23,907 nt of DNA from NCBI GenBank assembly GCA_043228905.1, contig JBHGNT010000462.1:1-23907 (forward strand), written 5' to 3'. Source of the DNA: Azolla caroliniana (Eukaryota; Plantae; Polypodiophyta). Below, in pieces: positions 1 to 8,488 of the stretch. Position 1 is the stretch's first letter. Every line of letters starts with the position of its first letter. Both the position numbers and the translations under genes were made by a program. Below the pieces are notes generated by a model. The model was not told the DNA's origin. It was given only the letters and a program-made list of their open reading frames with translations, and made no database searches.

Positions 1-1535
1 CAGATATCAGAGGAGGAAGTCCTCGGTTACAAAGACCTCCCCGCGGAGGCATATGAGTTCAGTGCACTACTTCGACTAGGCACAACATATGAGTTCATGG
101 ATTTCCTCGCACACGCCCAAGTAGCTGTTGCCACTCGTATGGTAGAGGAGCACGCAGAAACAAAGATGATCCAATATGCACTAATGGGAGAACTCGAACC
201 TCAAGAGAATCGAGCCTTACAGAAGATAGGTCGGAAGAAGCAAGCACAAAATGCTTCTCTCCTCATGGAGCTACTAGATCTGAACATGGCCTTAGTCGAG
301 AAATATCGAAATCTGCACCACACAACTCGGGCAGCCAAGGACATGGCCCGACGTATCAAAGCGACACAACAGCAAGCCAAACGGGCCACCGAGCTATGGC
401 AAGCCGCCGAGCAGAAACTGGCATCATGGGAGCAGCAACATCGAGAACAACCGCCCTTAAGCCTCCATGCCCCGAGTAACGATGTCTCACCAGCCCCTCT
501 TCCGAACCTGAGCTTGAGTGCTACTGTTACCGAAGCACACAACGACACGACACAACTCGCCCTAGGGTAGCCATGGTCGATGCAAGCACAATGACGGATT
601 CAGTACAGACAAGCGAGACATTGTCATTGGCACATAAAAGCCTGTACCCCCAAACTAGCCACGCCTCCACGCAAACCGTGCCGTCAACTGTCATCACCAC
701 CAACGAAACATCTCTAACGGCAGACATGACACCGAGCCTCCAAACCAGGCACGCTTCCATGCAAATGTCACGACCGCCTGTCTTCATGGAAAGATCTACA
801 CAGACGGATAGGGAACCCCATCCCCAGAACCAGCAAGCTACAACCTAGACAGGGCCTCCCCTCCGTGACTACCAAGATGAGCTGAAGGCCCAGATCGCTT
901 GGGCCAAGTTAGCAAAACAGAACCACAACAACACTATTGGCCAACTACGAGAACAAGTGATGGGCCGCGAAGCTGACCTCAAGCGACTGCTTGCTGAAAG
1001 CTCGGCCGCACTCAAAGCACAAGAAAGAGAGGTGATGAACCTTCAGGTCGCTATCACCGAGGCCAAAGAACGATTCATCAAAGAAGCAGAGAGGAATAGC
1101 CAACGGGAATGCGAGCTATTCACAAACAACCAGGAATTACGTCGTCAACAAAGGGAATTACAAGAATTGGCAAACGAACACATGCAAAAGTGGAGGATCT
1201 CTGAAGAGCAAAGGGCACAAATTTCCGATGCTTATCACTAGTTGTAAACAGAGGACATCACCACCAGGGAACAACAATGGGACGCTTGGAGAAAGGAAGT
1301 GGACGAAATTGTAGCTCAGCTCACCAAATGTTACAAGCAGACTATCACGCTTGTAACCACAAAAGCAAAGGATAACCAAGCTACTTTGGAGCTCCTCGTC
1401 CGCAAATGCTAAGAAGACGCCAAGGCCGCAACGGAGGAAGTGGAAGTTCACCGAGCTAGCATCGGCATGGATGATACTAAAATAAAGATCCTAATCAACA
1501 AATATCGCAAGCAACTCACTAAGAAGATCGAGCTT
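1..1535 (+). pseudogene. Relic of a long coiled-coil protein ORF with an S/T/P-rich TQT-repeat linker; probably a retrotransposon extra ORF, truncated by the window edge
   Basis: Frame 1 is open 1-570. A frameshift near 540-570 leads to frame 3, which runs to 1535 with only C>T-type stops (TAG 846, TAG 1239, TAA 1245, TAA 1410). E/Q/K/R/A/L-rich heptad-like segments; no Copia gag, protease or rve motifs. Confidence 0.6.
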
Positions 1536-2327
1536 AGGGACAAAAGGACGAAGTTGGCACCCCAAACAACAAAGTACATATTTCTCAGTTATGGAACCGA
1601 TGGGGACTTCGGCTACCGGCTATGGGATCCTAAGAACCGGAAATTGATCCGGAGCAGTGACGTAGTCTTCAATGAAGACTCTATCTTCTCCCAACGGAAC
1701 CAGCCGAAAACAGTGGGCAAGAAGGTATCCTTTCAAGATGACAACGCCATCGTAGAAAGATCGACCCACCGGGCCGAATCAGAGAGTCAACAGACAGTTG
1801 AACTCCAACCAGCCGACAATGTCCTAGCCGACACCGAATCGACAATAAGTCCCAACGTCGAACTCAAAGACAAAGTCATCAAAGACAGAGCCGAATCGAC
1901 GAAGGTCGATCAAGGCAGAGTCAACAAGGGACAAGTTAGAAAAAAGTCGACAACAACTGCAGGGGAGAACAACCAGACACCGCCGAAATCCCAAACCGGG
2001 GGCGGAATACCGAACCAGACTCTTGACTCAACTAGTTCAACAAATGCCAATCGTCAAAAAGAACAGATCGAAGAATCCGAACTAGATATTACGGCACCCA
2101 GGAGATCTGGACGAGCTTGAAGGAAAACAGAGTTTTATCAACCAGGCCTTGACTACGTCAACTACACGGATGCAGGCGAACCGAGCACATATGACGAAGT
2201 TATGGCCGCACTAGATGCCGAAACATGGCTGCAAACCATGAAATCCGAAATGGACTCGATTCATCAGAATCATACATGGGAGCTGGTCGAACTACCAACA
2301 GGAAGAAAGCTGCTACCTTGCAAATGG
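1536..2327 (+). pseudogene. pol: Copia pol: integrase C-terminal (SH3-like) region, linker and RT start
   Basis: RDKRTKLAP..YIFLSYGTDGDFGYRLWDPKNRKLIRSSDVVFNE resembles the Tnt1 integrase tail. PRRSGR, EPSTYDEVM and WLQTMKSEMDSIHQNHTWELVELPTGRKLLPCKW follow. In-frame TGA at 2118. Confidence 0.92.
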
Positions 2328-2364
2328 AACATCGGGTCATTTGAAAGAGGTAATATGTCGCATT
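2328..2364 (+). repeat. Left terminal inverted repeat
   Basis: AACATCGGGTCATTTGAAAGAGGTAATATGTCGCATT matches the reverse complement of 4611-4647 at 34/37 positions. Confidence 0.92.
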
Positions 2365-2567
2365 ATGAGAACACTACGTCGAAAAAGGGCACAAAAGCAC
2401 GCAGTTTTAAAAAAGACACGATGCATGCGTAAAGCTTTTCAAAAAAGGTGGCAAAATATATTGAATTTCAACATGACTACCACTTTGAGGCATAAGTAAA
2501 ATGCCTCCAAAAATACATCACTTTGACGCAGTTTATTTTTTATTTTAAAAGGAATGCTAAAGTCTTC

Positions 2568-2574
2568 TATATAA
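2568..2574 (+). promoter_or_regulatory. Putative TATA box inside the DNA element
   Basis: CTATATAAGG context, about 120 bp upstream of ATG 2692. Confidence 0.45.
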
Positions 2575-2691
2575 GGAGGTTAGAAATTTCATTTTCATTA
2601 TCACGTGAAAGAATCCATCGAGCTTAGAGCACAGGCCAATTTTCGAGCACTCAGAAGCACATTGTCGACACCACTACCTCCGGCACGAATC

Positions 2692-3888
2692 ATGAACAAG
2701 GGAAAGAAAATCGTCAGGTTAGTAATATTCTTTACATTTTTTAAGATTCCTAAAGATTCCTTAAAGATTCCTTTCCTCAACACATAGATTTTTTTTTTTT
2801 TTTTGTACAACGAACTTGGAAAGCAATTCTGAAAGACAGGACCTTCAACGAAAATCCGTTGCACTGCATTGGATTTTGGTTGAAGGCAGGACCTTTCAAC
2901 CAAAATCTGATGCAGTGCATCGGATTTTCATTGAAGGTCCTGCCTTTCAACGCAAATCCGATGCACTGGCAGGACCTTCAACGAAAATCCGATGCACTGC
3001 ATCGGATTTTGGTTGAAAGTCATGCAAATCCGATGCAGTGTATCGGATTTTCGTTGAAAGGCAGGACCTTTCAACCAAAATCCAATGTAGTGCATCGGAT
3101 TTTCGTTGAAAGGCAGGACCTTTCAACCAAAATCCAATGTAGTGCATCGGATTTGCGTTGAAAGGCAGGACCTTCAACCAAAATCCGATGCACTGCATCG
3201 GATTTTGGTTGAAAGTCATGCAAATCCGATGTAGTGCATCGGATTTTGGTTGAAAGGCAGGACTTTCAACGCAAATCCGATGCACTGCATCGGATTTTGG
3301 TTGAAAGGCAGGGCTTCAGCGAAAATCCGATGCACTGCATTGGATTTGCGTTGAAAGGCAGGACCTTCAACCAGATTTTGGTTGAAAGTCATGCAAATCC
3401 GATGCACTGCATCGGATTTTCGTTGAAAGGCAGGACCTTCAACCAAAATCCGATGCAGTGCAACGGATTTTGGTTGAAAGGCATGACTTTCAATGCAAAT
3501 ATGATGCAGTGCAACGGATTTGCGTTGAAAAAAATGTTGTTTTTGCGATAAAAAACTATCGCATGGGACCATAAAATTGACGTAATTTAGATGATAATTT
3601 GCGTGATTTAGATAAAATTGTACGTTGTTTCTATGTTTTCACCAACATTTTTATTTCAGTGAACCCAGACAAAAAGTTCCTTCATTTAGATTGAAGATTC
3701 GATCTCCGACAAAACGAGAACCAATGGAACCAATTGATGAAGAAGTAGGGGAGCTGGTGGACCTGGAAGATGTAGCACAGTTTGACCATACATCAGATTC
3801 GGGAGAGCTTGGAGATGACACGAATGAAAACAGTCTAGAACAATCAGCGCCAGAGGAGCCTGCTCTGCCTGATTTGCTTATAGATTGA
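2692..3888 (+). CDS. Putative two-exon 84-aa protein (exons 2692-2717 and 3660-3888) with basic N-terminus and acidic C-terminus
   Basis: Donor AG|GTTAGT at 2717/2718 and acceptor TTTTATTTCAG| at 3659. The splice is in frame: MNKGKKIVS-EPRQKVPSFRLKIRSP...PDLLID*. Upstream TATA; AT-rich intron flanks and 3' region. Confidence 0.45.
2835..3530. repeat. Minisatellite of about 15 palindromic units (~41-bp palindrome plus ~11-bp linker)
   Basis: Unit TTCAACCAAAATCCGATGCA(C/G)TGCATCGGATTTTGGTTGAA with linker AGGCAGGACC(T); several units are truncated. Confidence 0.95.
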
Positions 3889-4610
3889 TGTAGATGGCGT
3901 AATGTAAAAATTGAGGATTTTGAGGCATAATGTTCACCATCACTTCATATTATATTTGTATATGAGAACATCTGTAATTGTGTATCGTTTAATTAAATTC
4001 ACCTGTTCATAATTTCCCTTTTTAATCATTATTGGAACCGTAGTTTGTATTTACATGTAATTGGTCACCATGCTCTTCTTCAGTTTGAGATATTAACATG
4101 ATATTGTAATTTCTCATTTCCGTTAGCATGACAATATATGAAAAGGCGAATGTTTTTGATAATAAGAGGTTTTTAGTTACCTACGGTTCAAGTCTACTGG
4201 TTCCACATAGTATAAATGAATGTCGTACGTAGTTGTTACTCTTACCAATTACATTGTCATGAACTATATGACATTATACAATGAAACTATCGATATACCC
4301 GTCCAACAAGTGGGGTACTACTTCCTAAACCCAAAACCACATATTTATAATTACGGTTTATGTAGTTTTACTCTACAATTTGAATATGGATACCAATTTT
4401 AGAACTTTATATTGAACCAAGTCTTCAATTGTGCTCCATGATATGCAAATTGACACGAATGTGGACACATATACAGTTTAGTAATTGCTAGGTTTTTTTT
4501 GTTCTATATTTAACCATCAAGTCGCAAAAGGGGTACGCATGCATCGTATATTTTCGATATCGGGCTAAAATAGGGTACTTTTCTACATCTGGCCAACTAT
4601 GCCAAAAGAG

Positions 4611-4647
4611 AATACGACATATTACCTGTTTCAAATGACCCGGTGTT
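4611..4647 (-). repeat. Right terminal inverted repeat
   Basis: AATACGACATATTACCTGTTTCAAATGACCCGGTGTT is inverted relative to 2328-2364. Confidence 0.92.
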
Positions 4648-4651
4648 ATGG

Positions 4652-6058
4652 GTGTTTTGATACAAGTATGTGTCCGACTCAGAGAAACCCAAGTACAAAG
4701 CTCAGCTTGTCACGAAAGGATTCAAACAAGAATATGGGGTTGACTACAATGAGATATTCTCACCAATAGTCAAGATTACCACCCTCCGACTCCTACTAGG
4801 AGTCGTGGTGATCGAAGATCTAGAGCTCAACCAGATGGATGTAAAGACGACATTCCTACACGGAGATCTGGAAGAAGACATATACATGTCTCAACCGGTA
4901 GGCTTCACGGCGACAAGGGAGGACAATCACCTTGTATGCAGACTAAAGAAAAGTCTATACGGCCTCAAACAAGCGCTGAGAATGTGGTACCAGAAGTTCG
5001 ACTCCCACATAAGGTAGCTTGGATACAACAGATCAGACTCCGACCCATGCATGTATGTTCGGCAACTGGTCAACGAGTCGAGGATCTATCTGATCCTTTA
5101 TGTTGACGACATGTTGATTGCAGGGAGCAATCAAGCAAAGATTGGAAAGCTCAAGTAGAGCCTTCACGCAAAATTCGATATGAAAGAACTAGGACAAGCC
5201 CGACACATATTGGGCACGAGGATAGAGCGAAATCGGACGACTAGGACTCTCTGACTCTACCAATACGACTACATCCGCAAGGTGCTGAAGCGCTTCAACA
5301 TGGATAATGTGAAGCCAACACCAACACTGCTTCCTACGTCGATCAAACTATCGGACAGAGACTCTCCTGCAAACGACAAGGAGAGAGAGCTTAATGGAAA
5401 GATACCCTACGCATCGGCAGTAGGAAGTATCATGTACGCAATGGTGGCGACTCGATCAGACCTAGCCTATGTCGTAAGGGTGGTCAGCCGGTACATGTCA
5501 AACCCAAGAAAGAAGCATTGGGAGGCAGTCAAGCACATCCATAGGTATCTGAAAGGAACCACAGATGCACAACTGACATTTGGTTCGACAACATCAACCA
5601 AAGTCGAAGGCTACACTGATTCCGACTACGCTGGAAACACAGATAATCGGAAATCGACATCAGGCTACATCTTCACCTATGGTGGCAGTGCAATATCATG
5701 GAGGTTGAAACTTCAGGAGTGCATGGCTCAGTGTACCACAAAAGCTGAGTACATAGCAGCGTCGGAAGCGATTTGGCTGCATTGGCTGTCTACCGATTTC
5801 GGAACTGCAAACTGAATAGACCGACCAGCGCCGACCATCTATTATGACTCACAGAGCGCAATACACATCATCAACAATCCTGTCTACCATGCGAAGACAA
5901 AGCACATTGAGGTGCGGTATCATCATATCCGGGAGCTTGTGACCGAGAAGAAACTCGAAGTCCGGAAGATTGACATCGAGGTGAACATCGTCGATTGCTT
6001 GACAAAGCCGCACCCAGATCAACGCTTCGGAACACTAAGGACGAAGATGGGGCTATGA
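4652..6058 (+). pseudogene. pol: Copia pol: reverse transcriptase and RNase H
   Basis: KAQLVTKGFKQ, QMDVKTTFLHG, LKKSLYGLKQA, LYVDDM, YTDSDYAG..RKSTSGY, KTKHIEVRYH; multiple in-frame stops. Confidence 0.96.
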
Positions 6059-6248
6059 CAAGCAACCGAGCAGAAGAAAGCCGAAGGAGGAGCACAAGGT
6101 AAGAGCTGACCGACACTCATACTATACCTCTGCCGATTCGGCTACTTGCCGACAAACTTGTAAGATAAAATCTAGTTAAATTTGTAATCTAGGTTTACGG
6201 GGGAGACAACCCCAAACCTTTGTAATTGTACAGAAGAGTAGTCCTTTT

Positions 6249-6257
6249 ACGGGGGAG
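6249..6257 (+). promoter_or_regulatory. Copia polypurine tract
   Basis: ACGGGGGAG followed by TT and the LTR start TGTTGG, a typical Copia PPT/LTR junction. Confidence 0.85.
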
Positions 6258-6259
6258 TT

Positions 6260-6545
6260 TGTTGGCATAAAAGGCCAACTCCTTCCACTTTGTATCCGTC
6301 CTAGTGTGAACACGTTAACAAGTTAGGGCTTAGTATATAAGCGAATACCTAACATTGTAATGAAAGAGACGAGTGTAATTCTGAGAGAGAGAAAACGCTC
6401 TGTGCAAAAAATAAGAAGCTTTCCATTAAAGCTCGTATCTATGTAAGTTTAAATCTGCCCTTTCTACTTTCTGTTTATGTTGTTTGTTGTTCATAGCCAA
6501 ACAATTCGAACAAACACTTCCGCATAAACATCGACATATTCCACA
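6260..6545 (+). repeat. Copia 3' LTR (286 bp)
   Basis: Termini TGTTGG...TTCCACA; internal TATATAA near 6334; Gypsy RNase H coding sequence resumes at 6546. Confidence 0.85.
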
Positions 6546-7974
6546 TGTTGTAACCACAAATTTATTTCCATAGAGATAGTGCCTCCATGTTTTAAGTGCA
6601 TGTATTACCGCAAACAACTCTTTCTCTTGAACCGAATACCGAGATTGAGCAGCATCAAGCTTCTTACTTTCAAAAGCAATAGGGTGACCGCCTTGATAAA
6701 GAACCACACCAATAGCATAATCACTAGCATCGGTTTTGATTGAGAAAGGCTTAGAAGGGTCCGGTAATAGAAGAGTGGGAGCCTAAGACACATGGTCTTT
6801 GAGTGTCTCAAATGATTTGTCAAGTTGTTCATTCCATGCAATTGGTTTGACATACTTACGTGGATGACCTTTTAAAAGGTCAGTTAATGGCGTAGTCAAT
6901 TTGGAATAGTTACGAATTGATTTTCGTAAAAATCCAACAAACCCTAAGAATGATCGCAGTTCACGAATATTACGAGGAATTGGCCAAAGTTTAACCTTTT
7001 CAATACGAGAAGGTTCAATTTCAACACCATTTTCTGTAATTAAATGACCTAGGTACAGAATAGATTTTTGAAAAAAATCACATTTTGAATGTTTTGCATA
7101 GAAAGAGTTGTCACGCAACTTTTGCAAAACAAATCGAATATGATATTGCAAGGTATGGCTATATATCAAAATATCATCCAAGAAGACGACAACAAAGTCA
7201 CCGAGTTGATCTCGCAAAATGTCATTCATCGCTTGTTGGAATGTGGCTGGAGCATTAGTCAACCCGAAAGGCATCACTAAAAACTCATAATGGCCATAGC
7301 GCGTACAAAAACAGGTTTTAGGAATATCATCCTATTCATAAGTCAATTTTCGTAAAATATCGGGCCCCATGCAAACGATCAATCATATCCTCGGCATGAG
7401 GTAACGGATATGCATTTTTAATTGTCATTTTATTCAAACGGCGATAATTCATACACATTCTCCATGAACCTTCCTTCTTCTTAACTAATAGAACTGGCGC
7501 ACCCCAAGGTGATTTACTATACCTAATGTGACCCATACTCAAGTATTCCTTAAGTTGTTTAGCGATCTTATCCTCTTCTAATCAACTAAGTCCGTAAGGT
7601 GGAATGGTCACTGGAGCAACACCGGGGATGAGTTCAATTTGATGGTCCACATTACGTTTTGGTGGTAAAGTAAGCGACAATTCGTTAGGAAACACGTCTT
7701 GAAAATCATCTAAAATGGACTCGAGTAATCGTTGTTCATAATGTGGTAATGGTGTGGCGTCAATATTAAAATAATAAAATTGAAGTGCAGGATCAATTAC
7801 ACACGAATAAATTATTGAACTAGAATACTCACTTAAGATTTAGAAGACACAAGTGAACGAGAAAGAAGTTTGGAACATTGAATAAAATGTTTACAATTAT
7901 TAAGTTCAAATGTGATTGAGTGATTAACCCAATCAATGGACAAAGAAGGGTTTTTATTAAAAAACCAAGAGTAT
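6546..7974 (-). pseudogene. pol: Gypsy A2 pol: end of protease, RT and RNase H N-half
   Basis: [66 protein letters not shown]; stops, frameshifts and a small deletion near 7330. Confidence 0.93.
7698..7974. repeat. 277-bp direct duplication, left copy (right copy 16673-16950)
   Basis: CTTGAAAATCATCTAAAAT...AAAAACCAAG(A/G)(G/C)TAT is present on both sides of element B, with about 7 differences. Confidence 0.95.
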
Positions 7975-8434
7975 TGTTATTGCTAGGGCCGGACAATAGC
8001 CTAACATAGGGTGTCCACTTAAGACACTTTACCAAAGGTTGGTACGACAGAATGATTTATGGCACAATGCTTAATTAGACCTTAATTGGTTACTTAGCCA
8101 TCCGTAATTAACACGTGTAAGATATAACAATGAATACAGAACGGTAATCAACACTGGAAGATTAAGACAATAAGCTTTATTAATTATCCGCTCTTGATTA
8201 CATTGTAACCGGGCCTTTATATAGGTCTCTAGTGCGAAATACAAAACGGTGCCAACCGGCACCTTTACGGGATCGTTCCGGATCCGGATCGGCATACCGA
8301 TTCCGGTCTGTCCGTCCACATCTTCTTATATAATAATATATATATTAAGACTACTAATTACAATAGTTCCCGAATAACTATTCCTTTCACACTCTGGTTC
8401 GGACCTCCTTAAGCCTTCTTGCCGGCCGGTAACA
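7975..8434 (-). repeat. Element B 3' LTR (460 bp)
   Basis: TGTTA...TAACA termini; matches 16282-16672; minus-strand CTATATAAAGG near 8214-8224 with AATAAA near 8175-8180. Confidence 0.95.
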
Positions 8435-8436
8435 CA

Positions 8437-8453
8437 TGGCACGCATGTGGGAC
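8437..8453 (+). promoter_or_regulatory. PBS-like sequence at the position expected for the PPT
   Basis: TGGCACGCATGTGGGAC lies 2 nt inside the LTR and resembles the plant tRNA-Arg PBS TGGCACGCCCGGTGGGAC (recalled from memory). Confidence 0.65.
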
Positions 8454-8488
8454 AGTACCTTGTACGTCGAACCCATTATCCGGCCCTT

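Larger units (their letters stand above)
2328..4647. mobile_element. Non-autonomous TIR DNA transposon (2320 bp), superfamily unassigned
   Basis: 37-bp TIRs with 3 mismatches. ATGG is duplicated at 2324-2327 and 4648-4651. Removing the element and one ATGG restores Copia RT C-K-W-V-F. Confidence 0.9.
1536..6545 (+). mobile_element. Ty1/Copia LTR retrotransposon (Tnt1/Tork-like), 3' portion, decayed
   Basis: Domain order is integrase C-terminus, RT, RNase H, PPT, LTR. Interrupted by an insertion at 2328-4647. Abuts Gypsy RNase H sequence at 6546. Confidence 0.93.

Noticed and set aside
2742-2804. Triple AAGATTCC repeat and poly-T run as a retroposed tail
   Set aside because: No TSD or element body; consistent with simple slippage in an intron-like region.
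2835-3530. CRISPR array
   Set aside because: Linkers are ~11 bp and near-identical rather than unique spacers; no cas genes; the context is a eukaryotic transposon.
2816-3572. Repetitive ORFs on both strands (MHCIGF.../FQRKSDA...)
   Set aside because: By-products of a palindromic repeat that is open in several frames on both strands.
4220-4402. 60-aa ORF
   Set aside because: Short, AT-rich, no recognisable motif; probably chance.
2328-4647. CACTA, hAT, Mutator or piggyBac assignment; transposase gene
   Set aside because: Termini and the 4-bp ATGG TSD fit none of these, and no DDE transposase motifs are visible.
8071-8319. ORF within the LTR
   Set aside because: Lies in LTR sequence and its start region is deleted in the partner LTR.
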